A stretch of 42,351 nt of DNA from Escherichia phage vB_EcoM-ep3, in sequence record NC_025430.1; one strand, given 5' to 3'. Position numbers and translations under genes: made by a program. The notes beneath the pieces are model-generated. The model had not been told where the DNA came from. It did not search any database and saw nothing but the letters and a program-made list of their open reading frames with translations. Positions 16,241 to 25,570 of the stretch are shown piece after piece (the first letter of the stretch is position 1; every line of letters starts with the position of its first letter).

Positions 16241-18248
16241 CCCGTTTGCCAACATTGAAGGCATTGACCAGGCTATCCGGCGCGCACAACAACAATTGTT
16301 GCCGCCGCCAGACATGAAGCCGTCAGAGTGGGCGCAGGCTAATATCCGCATTCCGTCTGGCAACGCCGTGCCAGGACCGCTGCGCCTGGATAACGCGCCA
16401 TACCAGCGCGAACCAATGGACATGCTGGTTGACCCTGATTGCTACCGTGTAACGCTGATGTGGGGCGCGCAGGTGGGCAAAACCATGCTGGCACTGTGCG
16501 TGCAGGCGTACAGCGTAGCCGCTGAACCGCGCAGCCAGATGATGATGCAGCCAAGCCAGGATGACTTGCGCACCTGGCTGGAAACGAAATTCAACCCTCT
16601 GGCGGAAGAATGCGCGCCGGTAAACAACGCCATTGCCAAACCGCGTGGCCGCGACGGGGTGAACAACCAGAAAATGAAATCATACCCTGGCGGGTTCTTG
16701 ATGTTCGCCTGGTCCGGTTCGCCAAAGACCATGCGCGGGCGTTCAGCGCCGCTGATTGTATGTGACGAGGTAGACGGATATGAACGAACCAGCGAAGGGC
16801 ACCCGGTTGGCCTGCTGTGGCAGCGTTCTGCCACCTTCGGTGACCAGCGGTTTTTGCTGGAAATCAGCACCCCTACCCTTAAAGGTGAATCGTACATCGA
16901 AAAAGCGTATGAAATGGGCGACCAGCGGCACTTCTTTGTTTGCTGCCCGCACTGTGACGATCACGTTACGCTTGAATGGGAAAACGTCAAATGGGATGGC
17001 CAGCGGGAAACTGACGCGGAAACGCTGGCGGCCATCGAAGAACAGAAGCCGGAAACAGCGCACCTGTATTGCCCATCGTGCGGCGCGCAGTGGAATGACG
17101 GCGAACGGATAGCGGCTATCCGTCAGGCCGAAGAAAAGGGCGCAGGCTGGAAGGCGTCCAGGCCGTTTGAAGGGCACGCAAGCTACCACCTGAACGAACT
17201 ATACAGCACATTCCGCAAAGTACCGGCCATCGTGCGTGACTACCTGGACAAGCTGAAAACGGACGACCTGCAAACCTTCACCAACGTCAGCCTGGCGCGC
17301 ACCTGGGAAGAAGAAGGCGACAAGGTTGACCCGGATTCACTGATGGCACGCCGCGAGGAATACGCCGCGCAGGTGCCTGCTGGTGGGCTGTATATCACCG
17401 CAGGCATAGACATGCAGGTTGACCGCCTGGAATGTGAGGTGGTGGCCTGGGGCGTTGGTGAAGAATCCTGGTCATTGGGTTACCACGTCCTGTGGGGCGA
17501 CCCTCTGACGCCAGATCCGTGGGATGCGCTTGATGACCTGCTGGCGGAAACCTACCAGCACGAAACCGGCGCAGTGCTGCCGATCATGGCCGCCTGCCTG
17601 GATACCGGCGGCACCAGCGGTTACACGCAGGCCGCCTATGACTACGCCAGAGGGCGCACAGGCCGCCGCCTGTTTGCCATCAAAGGAGTGGGCGGTTGGG
17701 GTCGTCCTATCGTGGAGAAGCCGCAGCGCAAGCAATCCGGGAAGGATGCCCGCAAAGTGGATTTATTCCTGGTGGGCACCGATGAAGCCAAGCTGATAAC
17801 TGCACGCCGTTTAAACAAGACGGCACCGGGGCCAGGTTATTGCCACTTCCCTGCTGACCGCGATGAAGAATGGTTTAAGCAAATCACCGCTGAAAAGCTG
17901 ACCATGCGTTACGTGAAGGGCCAGCCAATCCGCGAGTGGAAGAAACCCGACCGGGCGCGCAACGAAGCACTGGACTGCCGCAACTATGCGCTGGCCGCGC
18001 TTAAAATCATGCAGCCGTCATTCCGCCGCCTGGCTGAAAAGTTTGGCGTAGCGAACGACAACGCGCCACCGGAACGCCGCAAGCGGCTTCCGAACGTCAA
18101 ACCCATCGTGAAACCGGTGGAAGTGCCGCAACCGGCCAATGACAAACCCCAAGAAGAAGAAAAACAGCAAGTCACAGAGACTAAGCCCATTAAACGTTCC
18201 GCCAGGGCATCCAAACGCCGTGGCGGTGGATGGGTTAGCCGCTGGTGA
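16200..18248 (+). CDS. terminase large subunit (lambda gpA-like)
   Basis: 682 aa; Walker A-like MWGAQVGKT, CPHCDDH zinc-binding-like segment; overlaps the small-subunit gene as in lambda Nu1/A. Confidence 0.9.
   Translation: MAMTKGATVTAKNNPFANIEGIDQAIRRAQQQLLPPPDMKPSEWAQANIRIPSGNAVPGPLRLDNAPYQREPMDMLVDPDCYRVTLMWGAQVGKTMLALCVQAYSVAAEPRSQMMMQPSQDDLRTWLETKFNPLAEECAPVNNAIAKPRGRDGVNNQKMKSYPGGFLMFAWSGSPKTMRGRSAPLIVCDEVDGYERTSEGHPVGLLWQRSATFGDQRFLLEISTPTLKGESYIEKAYEMGDQRHFFVCCPHCDDHVTLEWENVKWDGQRETDAETLAAIEEQKPETAHLYCPSCGAQWNDGERIAAIRQAEEKGAGWKASRPFEGHASYHLNELYSTFRKVPAIVRDYLDKLKTDDLQTFTNVSLARTWEEEGDKVDPDSLMARREEYAAQVPAGGLYITAGIDMQVDRLECEVVAWGVGEESWSLGYHVLWGDPLTPDPWDALDDLLAETYQHETGAVLPIMAACLDTGGTSGYTQAAYDYARGRTGRRLFAIKGVGGWGRPIVEKPQRKQSGKDARKVDLFLVGTDEAKLITARRLNKTAPGPGYCHFPADRDEEWFKQITAEKLTMRYVKGQPIREWKKPDRARNEALDCRNYALAALKIMQPSFRRLAEKFGVANDNAPPERRKRLPNVKPIVKPVEVPQPANDKPQEEEKQQVTETKPIKRSARASKRRGGGWVSRW
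18141..18157 (+). repeat. 17-bp motif GACAAACCCCAAGAAGA, copy 1
   Basis: Exact copy inside the terminase 3' end, in frame encoding DKPQEE; 114 bp upstream of the GTG start at 18255. Confidence 0.9.
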
Positions 18249-18254
18249 TAAATA

Positions 18255-18794
18255 GTGAAAAACTGCCAAGTACCGCAGAAAATTACTGCTGGATTGACAT
18301 TTGAGACGCGCCTGACGCTTCCCGGCTATCCTGCAACTGAATGGGCTGTTCAGCTACTGCTGCGCGGCCCGCAGTCAATTAACATCAACGCCGTCGCTGA
18401 TGGTAACGATCACGTCATCCGCGCAGCCGCTGGCGTCACTGCAACGTGGCCAGCAGGCGATTACTGGTATTCGCTGCGCGCGACCAAAGGCGATGACGTT
18501 ATGGAGGCCGGAAACGGCCAGATTACCATCCTGCCAGACCTGGCCAGCGCCAGTGATGGATTTAACGGGAAAACTCACGCGCAACGCACCCTGGAAGCCA
18601 TTGAAGCGGTCATAGAGAAGCGCGCGACAATGGACCAGGAACGCTACCGCATCAATAACCGCGAGTTATATCGCACCCCGATTGCGGATTTGCTGAAACT
18701 GCGCGACTTGTACCGCCTGGAAGTAGCACGCGAAAAACAGGCGCAGTGCGGCAAAAACCCGTTCGGGCGTAAAGTTCGGGTGAGCCTTCGCTGA
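18255..18794 (+). CDS. putative head-tail joining protein (gpW-like C-terminal region, N-terminal extension)
   Basis: 179 aa; GTG start with GGTGA RBS; sits between terminase and portal where lambda gpW lies; C-terminal segment loosely gpW-like. Confidence 0.4.
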   Translation: MKNCQVPQKITAGLTFETRLTLPGYPATEWAVQLLLRGPQSININAVADGNDHVIRAAAGVTATWPAGDYWYSLRATKGDDVMEAGNGQITILPDLASASDGFNGKTHAQRTLEAIEAVIEKRATMDQERYRINNRELYRTPIADLLKLRDLYRLEVAREKQAQCGKNPFGRKVRVSLR

Positions 18795-20350
18795 TGAAAC
18801 TGTGGCCATTTACCAGAAACAAGCCTGCCGAACAGGCACAACAGCCGCGCACGCGGCGTTTACCGCTTAACCGCCTGGCGTCCCGTATGTTTACCGGTGC
18901 CAGTGTTGACCGTTTTGGCACCGCGTGGGGTACACAGCCGCTGACGGCTGATGAAGTCATTACCAAAAATCAACGCATCCTGGTGGCCCGTTCCCGCGAA
19001 CAGGCCGCCAACAATGATTATGCCAAAAAGTTCCTGCGTCTGTGCCGCACAAACATTGTGGGGCCAAAAGGCGTTCTGTTGCAGGCAAAAAGCCAGGATA
19101 ACACCGGAAAACTGGACACCCTGGCGAATGAAGCCATTGAACTGGCGTTTGACGCATGGGGCAAAAAGACCAACTGTGACGTGACCGGTAAGTTGTCCTG
19201 GCGCGCCATCCAGGCCGCCTGCGTCAACAGCGTGGCCAAAGACGGTGAATTCTTCGTGCGCCTGGTGTTTGGGGCTGACGCAGGGCCGTGGGGCTTCTCG
19301 CTGCAACTGCTGGACCCGCAACGCTGTCCTGTGGACATGGTTGAAGATCGACTGCCAAACGGAAATTTCATCCGCCAGGGAATCGAGTTTAACCGATACG
19401 GGCGGCCTATCGCGTATTATTTCAGCACAGTTGATGAATCGGATGAAAACTACCGTTGGGCTGGGCGTGACTTCGTGCGCGTGCCTGCGGATGAAATCCT
19501 GCACGGTTTCTTTGATGACATGGTGGGCCAGAAACGCGGCCTGCCCTGGATGGCCACCAGCCTGTTTCGTATGCGCCACCTGGGCGGCATGGAAGAAGCC
19601 GCACTGGTCAACGCGCGAGCAGGTGCCAACAAAATGGGGTTCATCGAATGGGATGAAAACGGCGCTGGACCTGAATTCGACGATGAAGACGAACTGATCA
19701 TTGACAGTGAACCGGGTGAATTCCAGGTGCTGCCACAGGGCGCACGCATCAAAGACTGGTCACCGCAATACCCCAACGGCGAATTTGCCGTGTTCACCAA
19801 ACAGATGCTGCGCGGCATGGCTTCTGGCATGGGCGTGGCTTACAACAACCTGGCCAACGACCTGGAAGGCGTCAATTTCAGTTCCATCCGACAGGGCACG
19901 CTTGACGAGCGCGAAAGCTGGAAGGAATTGCAGGAATGGCTAATCGAAAACCTGCACCAGCCTGTTTTTGACGCCTGGCTGCCGCGCGCCCTGCTGTCTG
20001 GACGCATCACGGTGAAAGGCCGCAGCCTGAAACCGGAACGCATAGACCGTTACAGCAATATTGAATGGCAGCCACGCCGTTGGGCCTGGATTGACCCGTC
20101 ATCTGACGTGGAAGCGGCTGAAAAATCAAAAAACAACATGCTGCAATCGCCTGGCCGCATCATCCGTGAAGGTGGCAGCGACCCTGACACCGTTTGGAAG
20201 GAAACCGCTAGCGACGTGGCACGCATGATTGAGGCGTACACGCAGCACGGTATCAGCCGAGAAATGGCGGAAAAACTGGTCATGCAAAGCATGGGCATGG
20301 ACAAAACACTGTTAATGGGGCAGCAAAATGCAGAAAAACCTGCTGAATAG
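18794..20350 (+). CDS. portal protein (lambda gpB-type)
   Basis: 518 aa, directly after the terminase/gpW-like genes; size and position match lambda-type portals. Confidence 0.88.
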   Translation: MKLWPFTRNKPAEQAQQPRTRRLPLNRLASRMFTGASVDRFGTAWGTQPLTADEVITKNQRILVARSREQAANNDYAKKFLRLCRTNIVGPKGVLLQAKSQDNTGKLDTLANEAIELAFDAWGKKTNCDVTGKLSWRAIQAACVNSVAKDGEFFVRLVFGADAGPWGFSLQLLDPQRCPVDMVEDRLPNGNFIRQGIEFNRYGRPIAYYFSTVDESDENYRWAGRDFVRVPADEILHGFFDDMVGQKRGLPWMATSLFRMRHLGGMEEAALVNARAGANKMGFIEWDENGAGPEFDDEDELIIDSEPGEFQVLPQGARIKDWSPQYPNGEFAVFTKQMLRGMASGMGVAYNNLANDLEGVNFSSIRQGTLDERESWKELQEWLIENLHQPVFDAWLPRALLSGRITVKGRSLKPERIDRYSNIEWQPRRWAWIDPSSDVEAAEKSKNNMLQSPGRIIREGGSDPDTVWKETASDVARMIEAYTQHGISREMAEKLVMQSMGMDKTLLMGQQNAEKPAE

Positions 20351-22376
20351 CATCATTGGGGCCGAATTTACCCGCAAATCAGACAGCAAAACGCTGCCTG
20401 ATTTCAACAAAGGCGGGCTGGTGCGCACTATGGAAGTGCGCAAGTTTGACACCGAAAAACGCACCGTAGAACTGGCGTTTTCCTCCGAAATCGAGGTTGA
20501 ACGCTGGTACGGTATCGAAATTCTGGACCATTCGCCGGAAAGCGTGCGCCTGGACCGTCTGCGTGACGGTGGGGCGCTGCTGGTTGACCACGATTGGACT
20601 GACCAGGTGGGCGTTGTTGAATCCGTCAGCATTGACGCTGACCGCCGGGGGCGGGCTGTGGTGCGCTTTGGCCGAAGTGCACGCGCTGACGAGATTTTCC
20701 AGGACATCGTTGACGGCATTCGCAAGCATGTTTCCGTTGGCTACCGCGTGTTAGCGGCCAAGCTACAGGAAACGCGTGACGAGTGGCAGGATGTCTACCG
20801 CATCACTGAATGGGAACCGTTCGAAATTTCAATTGTGAGCGTTCCCGCTGACACCAGCGTTGGCATTGGGCGTGCGTTTGACAAACCCCAAGAAGAACAA
20901 CGCGGCATCAAATCCGATACTGCGGGCACCGTAGAGGTTCCAGCACCAAAAAAATCATTTGAGGATTCACGAATGTTAGAAAAAATTCTGCGCGACGCTG
21001 CCGGTAACCTGGTGCGCGCGATGGTAGACGAGAAAGGCAACATCACGCAGGTTCTGGAAATGCTGGAACGTGCTGGCGATGATGCGCGCAACGCTGAACA
21101 GCGTGGCCGTGAAGCGGAAAAGGCGCGCGTGCGTTCCATCACTGAAATGGGCGAGAAGTACAACGCACGTGACCTGGCTTTGAAAGCTATTGGCGAAGGC
21201 ACCACCGCCGAAGATTTCCAGCGTTCCTTGCTGGACCACCTGAACAAGCCGAAAGACCCGGCACAACCGGCTGATGACACCCGTTCCGGCAGCAAGCCGC
21301 TGTCAGAAATGCCGTCCAGCGTGATTGGTATGTCTGACAAAGACATCCGCCGCTATAGCATTTTCAACGTGGTTCGCGCGCTGGCTAACCCGAACGATGC
21401 AGCCGCACAGCGTGCCGCAGCGTTTGAAATCGAATGCAGCCACGCAGCGCAACAGCAGTATGGCCGCAGTGCAAAAGGCATCCTGATCCCTGACGATGTT
21501 CTGCGCGCATTCAACGCTGGTGGCGCACCGAACACCCCGACAGGTGCACAGACCGGTTCCAACCTGGTTGGCACTGACTTTATGGCCAGTTCGTTCATCG
21601 ACCTGCTGCGCCCGCGTACCACCATCATGCGCCTGGCGCGTACTATGGGCGGCCTGGTTGGCAACGTTGAAATTCCGAAACAGACTGGCGGCGCTACTGC
21701 CTACTGGATTGGTGAAGGTGATGACGCAACCGAAACCACGCCGACCATCGGCCAGCTTAGTTTGTCACCGAAAACCGTTGCGGCTTACACCGACATTACC
21801 CGCCGCCTGCTGATGCAATCCACCCCGGATGCGGAAGCTATCGTGCGCGGTGACCTGGTGGCAGCTATCGCGCAGGCGATTGATTACGCTGGCTACTACG
21901 GCACCGGCACCAGCAACCAGCCGCTGGGTCTGGCGAACTACACCGGCATTAATGCGGTAGACTTCGCAGCAGCCAACCCGACTTATGCGGAACTGGTGCA
22001 GATGGAAACCGAAATCGCGGCTGACAACGCTGACGTGAACAACATGGCATATGTGCTGAACGCGCGTGGCCGTGGTGCAGCGAAAACCACGCCGAAGTTT
22101 GCCAGTGGTTCTTCCGTGGCTGACGCTGGCGTGATTTGGGAACCGGGCAACACCCTGAACGGTTACCGCGCCGAAGTTACCAACCAGGTTCAGGATGGTG
22201 ACGTGTTCTTTGGCAACTTCGCTGACTTGGTTGTTGGTATGTGGGGCGGCCTGGACATGACGGTTGACCCGTATAGCCTGAGCAAATCCGGTGGCCTGCG
22301 CATCGTGGTATTCCAGGACGTGGATTTTGCGGTGCGCCGCGTTGAATCCTTCTGCCTGGGCCGCAACGCAGCATAA
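20328..22376 (+). CDS. prohead protease-scaffold-major capsid fusion protein (HK97-fold)
   Basis: 682 aa; N-terminal about 200 aa prohead-protease-like, central charged coiled-coil, C-terminal about 350 aa HK97-like major capsid region; internal in-frame ATG at 20973 with GAGGA RBS. Confidence 0.85.
   Translation: MQKNLLNSIIGAEFTRKSDSKTLPDFNKGGLVRTMEVRKFDTEKRTVELAFSSEIEVERWYGIEILDHSPESVRLDRLRDGGALLVDHDWTDQVGVVESVSIDADRRGRAVVRFGRSARADEIFQDIVDGIRKHVSVGYRVLAAKLQETRDEWQDVYRITEWEPFEISIVSVPADTSVGIGRAFDKPQEEQRGIKSDTAGTVEVPAPKKSFEDSRMLEKILRDAAGNLVRAMVDEKGNITQVLEMLERAGDDARNAEQRGREAEKARVRSITEMGEKYNARDLALKAIGEGTTAEDFQRSLLDHLNKPKDPAQPADDTRSGSKPLSEMPSSVIGMSDKDIRRYSIFNVVRALANPNDAAAQRAAAFEIECSHAAQQQYGRSAKGILIPDDVLRAFNAGGAPNTPTGAQTGSNLVGTDFMASSFIDLLRPRTTIMRLARTMGGLVGNVEIPKQTGGATAYWIGEGDDATETTPTIGQLSLSPKTVAAYTDITRRLLMQSTPDAEAIVRGDLVAAIAQAIDYAGYYGTGTSNQPLGLANYTGINAVDFAAANPTYAELVQMETEIAADNADVNNMAYVLNARGRGAAKTTPKFASGSSVADAGVIWEPGNTLNGYRAEVTNQVQDGDVFFGNFADLVVGMWGGLDMTVDPYSLSKSGGLRIVVFQDVDFAVRRVESFCLGRNAA
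20880..20896 (+). repeat. 17-bp motif GACAAACCCCAAGAAGA, copy 2
   Basis: Exact copy inside the capsid fusion ORF, same reading frame (DKPQEE); 93 bp upstream of the internal start at 20973. Confidence 0.9.
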
Positions 22377-22382
22377 TGAACA

Positions 22383-22402
22383 TGGCCGCTTCGGCGGCCA
22401 TA
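22383..22402 (+). terminator. stem-loop after the capsid gene (weak terminator/stabiliser)
   Basis: 8-bp stem ATGGCCGC-TTCG-GCGGCCAT just after the capsid stop; no clean T-run. Confidence 0.35.
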
Positions 22403-22427
22403 GTCTTATCTGACAGGAGAAGTTTTT

Positions 22428-22730
22428 ATGTCTGGTACTTATGTACTGAAATTGACTTCCGCTATTGCTATCAGCGGCGAAGTCATGAAAGCGGGTTCAC
22501 TGGTTGAGGTTTCAGAGCTTGAGGCTAAAAACCTGTTGTCGCGCGGCAAGGCAGAGATGCACGACGAACAACCAGCACGTGATGACGATGTTGAAATCAC
22601 GAAAATGAACAAAGATCAGCTTATCGCTATTGCAGAGCAGATGGAAATTGAAGGCGCTGACAAGATGACCAAAGCGCAGTTGATTGAAGCCATCGAAGCC
22701 GCAGGCGAAATCAAAGAGGGTGACGAATAA
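22428..22730 (+). CDS. hypothetical head-associated protein
   Basis: 100 aa; strong AGGAGA RBS; acidic with a C-terminal helical motif (KMNKDQLIAIAEQMEIEGADKMTKAQLIEAIEA). Confidence 0.5.
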   Translation: MSGTYVLKLTSAIAISGEVMKAGSLVEVSELEAKNLLSRGKAEMHDEQPARDDDVEITKMNKDQLIAIAEQMEIEGADKMTKAQLIEAIEAAGEIKEGDE

Positions 22731-23086
22731 TGCAACACGGCACATCTGTAACGGTTCTGGCCGCACCAGCAACAATCACAGCCAGCGGCAACGGTTCAGC
22801 CGTCAACGTTGGTGATTATCATGGCCTGTGCCTGCTTCACCTTAACGGCATCGGCACTGCTGGCACCACCACTGTAAGCCTGCAACACAGTGATGACGGT
22901 TCAACCAATTGGGCTGACGTACCCAACACCACTTTTGCGCAGATCAGCACCGCAGCTAAGGCTGACACGATCCTGTTTAATGCTGACCGATTCAAAAAAT
23001 TTGTCCGCGTGAAGGATGTTTCAGCCAGTTCCGGTTCGGCAATCCGCAGCGTTGTGCTGGTTGGCAATAAGCGGGAATCACAGTAA
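22730..23086 (+). CDS. hypothetical virion protein
   Basis: 118 aa; translationally coupled to the upstream gene; Thr/Ser/Gly-rich. Confidence 0.45.
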   Translation: MQHGTSVTVLAAPATITASGNGSAVNVGDYHGLCLLHLNGIGTAGTTTVSLQHSDDGSTNWADVPNTTFAQISTAAKADTILFNADRFKKFVRVKDVSASSGSAIRSVVLVGNKRESQ

Positions 23087-23418
23087 TGCCCGCGCCGTCC
23101 TGGGAAAACCTGGACGACTTTTTTGACCTTGACACCAACGGCGGGTTTGCATTTCCCGCCGTTATTCATTCGCAAAAAGGTTGGACCAGAACAATTAACG
23201 CCATCTTTGATGACCCCTACTTCAACGCGCAAATAGGCGAGTATGAAGCGGACACCAGCAGCCCGCGAATCACGGCAAAGGAATCTGACCTGGCTGGCAT
23301 CCTGCGTGGTGACACAATCATTGTGGCCGGTGAAACCTTCGATGTGCTGGCATCCCCTGAACAGGATGGCACAGGCACTGCCGTTGTGAGGATGACGCGC
23401 CAAGATGCTGCATTTTGA
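23086..23418 (+). CDS. putative head-tail connector protein
   Basis: 110 aa; ATGA coupling; between capsid and baseplate genes; function assigned by position only. Confidence 0.4.
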   Translation: MPAPSWENLDDFFDLDTNGGFAFPAVIHSQKGWTRTINAIFDDPYFNAQIGEYEADTSSPRITAKESDLAGILRGDTIIVAGETFDVLASPEQDGTGTAVVRMTRQDAAF

Positions 23419-23959
23419 CCTGGATTGGCAACAACTGCGCGGCGTGGCTACTGAACTGGAAGCCAGTGAAAAGCAGTTCAAAGCCGCATTAAGCCGCGCT
23501 TGCAACCGCACGGCGGCCACCCTGCGCAAAATGTCTGGCCGTGGCCTGAAAGATGAACTGCAACTGCGCACGATGGCGGCTATGCGCAAGCGCCTAAAAT
23601 CCATCAGGCTGCGCACGCGCCAACAGGGCGTTGTGTTGTGGTACGGCTTAAATGATTTGCCGGTGAGTAGCTTTAAGGGCCGCGCCAAGCAGACCAGCGA
23701 CGGTGCCACGTTCCGTGACCAGAAGTTTGACGGCGCATTTGTGGGCCGCAGCACGGTGAAAGGCAAACGTACAGTGTTTAAACGCGCTGGAAAAGCACGC
23801 CTGCCCATCACTGAACAGTTGATGCCCATTAAGGACAAAGCCGAAATTTTCATTGAAGATGAAATATTCACGCAGGTTGAAGAAATATTCTGGAAGCACT
23901 TCGAACGCGATATTAAAGCGCGCGTCAAATACTTTGAAACATCCGACAGGTGGGCATAA
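23405..23959 (+). CDS. putative neck/virion morphogenesis protein
   Basis: 184 aa; overlaps both neighbours; assigned by position. Confidence 0.4.
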   Translation: MLHFDLDWQQLRGVATELEASEKQFKAALSRACNRTAATLRKMSGRGLKDELQLRTMAAMRKRLKSIRLRTRQQGVVLWYGLNDLPVSSFKGRAKQTSDGATFRDQKFDGAFVGRSTVKGKRTVFKRAGKARLPITEQLMPIKDKAEIFIEDEIFTQVEEIFWKHFERDIKARVKYFETSDRWA

Positions 23960-24528
23960 TGAACGCCGATACTCACATTGATTTAGAAGTGCTGCACAGC
24001 GCCATTGTGGCCGACATCAAAGCAGCATTCCCGCAACTGGTCACCGTGGAGTTTTACCAGGATGACCCGGAAGCGCGCAAAACGCTGCCAATTCCCGCCT
24101 GCCTGCTGACCATCAGCGAACTGGAGGCAGACAACGAGATTGACCCCGGCACGGAACAGTTGGCCGTTGTGGCGACGTTTGAGGCGCATTTCATCATTAA
24201 CAGCATCAGGACACCCCGCGCCGCCCTGGCCATCAGGACGCTGGCCGCTGCCTTCATGGCCTGGCTGCGCAAGCGCCGCTGGACCAACCCGGCAGACCCC
24301 GCCAGGAAGCTGCCCACAGGGACAGCCAACGTGGTTGGCGGCTTCCCTGACGACTTCACCCCGGAACTGGACAAATTCGAGGTGTGGCGCGTGGAGTGGC
24401 AGCAAGTCATCCACCTGGGCGAAAGCGTGTGGAACGATGAAGGCATAACCCCATCAGAGGTTTATTTCAGTTGGTTGCCTGAAATTGGCACCGGCAACGA
24501 AGAAGATTACGAGAAGGTGAACCCATGA
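23950..24528 (+). CDS. putative tail-completion/virion protein
   Basis: 192 aa; overlaps both neighbours; assigned by position. Confidence 0.4.
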   Translation: MGIMNADTHIDLEVLHSAIVADIKAAFPQLVTVEFYQDDPEARKTLPIPACLLTISELEADNEIDPGTEQLAVVATFEAHFIINSIRTPRAALAIRTLAAAFMAWLRKRRWTNPADPARKLPTGTANVVGGFPDDFTPELDKFEVWRVEWQQVIHLGESVWNDEGITPSEVYFSWLPEIGTGNEEDYEKVNP

Positions 24529-25178
24529 TCGCAGAAGTTAGCGAACTGAACCGCCAGCTAAACAACGTTGTGCGCATCGGCACCATCAAACAACTGGACC
24601 TGGCCAACGCGCGTGCTAAAGTTTCCGTTGCTGGCTGCACCACTGACTGGCTGCCCTGGGGAACCAACCGTGCCGGGAAGCGCCGCGACTGGTCACCGCC
24701 TGTCATCGGCGAACAGGTAGTTTTGTTTGCGCCTTACGGCGACTTAGGCCAGGCAGTCATTGGGCCGTCAATCTTCCAGGATGACCACGCGGCACCAGCG
24801 GCAAGCGCGGACCAGGAAACAACCGTTTACCCTGACGGCACAACGGTGGACTACAACAGCGCAAGCAACACGCTGACCATCACCGTGGCTGGTGCAGGTA
24901 ATGTCATCATTAACTGCAAACAGGCCAACGTGAACACTGAAACGGCCACCGTGACGGCATCAACAAGCGTCACTCTGGACACGCCTGACACGTTTTGCAC
25001 CGGCAACCTGACCGTGGCCAAAAGTTTCCAGATGGGAAGCGAAGGCGGAACGGCTACGATGACTGGTAACGTGGCGATTGAAGGCGGAAGCCTGACACAC
25101 AACGGCAAAAACATTGGCAGCAACCATGCTCACAGCGGCGTGCAGTCTGGTGGCAGCAACACCGGCGCACCGGTGTGA
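24525..25178 (+). CDS. baseplate assembly protein V (spike, P2 gpV-like)
   Basis: 217 aa; N-terminal VRIGTIKQLDLANARAKV and central CTTDWLPW...VIGEQVVLF match my recollection of P2 gpV; C-terminal Gly-rich HSG..GG.TG tail. Confidence 0.88.
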   Translation: MIAEVSELNRQLNNVVRIGTIKQLDLANARAKVSVAGCTTDWLPWGTNRAGKRRDWSPPVIGEQVVLFAPYGDLGQAVIGPSIFQDDHAAPAASADQETTVYPDGTTVDYNSASNTLTITVAGAGNVIINCKQANVNTETATVTASTSVTLDTPDTFCTGNLTVAKSFQMGSEGGTATMTGNVAIEGGSLTHNGKNIGSNHAHSGVQSGGSNTGAPV

Positions 25179-25181
25179 CCT

Positions 25182-25198
25182 GACAAACCCCAAGAAGA
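25182..25198 (+). repeat. 17-bp motif GACAAACCCCAAGAAGA, copy 3
   Basis: Exact copy in the intergenic gap 3 nt after the gpV stop and in gpV's frame; followed by hairpin ATGCGGGC-ATCATT-GCCCGCAT (25211-25232) that holds the gpW start; 49 bp upstream of gpW. Confidence 0.9.
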
Positions 25199-25231
25199 TA
25201 AACCATCACCCATGCGGGCATCATTGCCCGC

Positions 25232-25570
25232 ATGAAAGGAACAAACGCGGCCACAGGCGCGCCGCTGGATGGTTTAGACCATCTGCGCCAATCCATAAGA
25301 GACATACTCACGACGCCAATTGGCACGCGAGTGATGCGCCGCGACTACGGCAGCCGGTTGCCCTACCTGGTTGATGCACCGATGAACCGCAGCACGCTGC
25401 TGGACCTGTACGCAGCGACTGCGGAAGCACTGGAAGCCTGGGAACCACGCATCAGCGTGCAGCAGGTGACAGCAACATCAGCAGAACCAGGACGCGTGGA
25501 ATTGTCCATTACCGGCGAATACCTGCCAGACGGCAAACAAATAACAATTGACGGCATAGTGGTGACATAA
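25232..25570 (+). CDS. baseplate assembly protein W (P2 gpW-like)
   Basis: 112 aa; LDHLRQSIRDILTTPIGTRVMRRDYGS closely follows the P2 gpW pattern as I recall it. Confidence 0.88.
   Translation: MKGTNAATGAPLDGLDHLRQSIRDILTTPIGTRVMRRDYGSRLPYLVDAPMNRSTLLDLYAATAEALEAWEPRISVQQVTATSAEPGRVELSITGEYLPDGKQITIDGIVVT

Noticed and set aside
18860-19579. 239-aa - strand ORF inside the portal gene
   Set aside because: Antisense shadow ORF of the GC-rich portal gene; unnatural composition.
22837-23976. 379-aa ORF on the - strand spanning three head/neck genes
   Set aside because: Antisense to well-supported + strand genes with coupled starts; Ser/Arg/Cys-rich low-complexity translation; no RBS.
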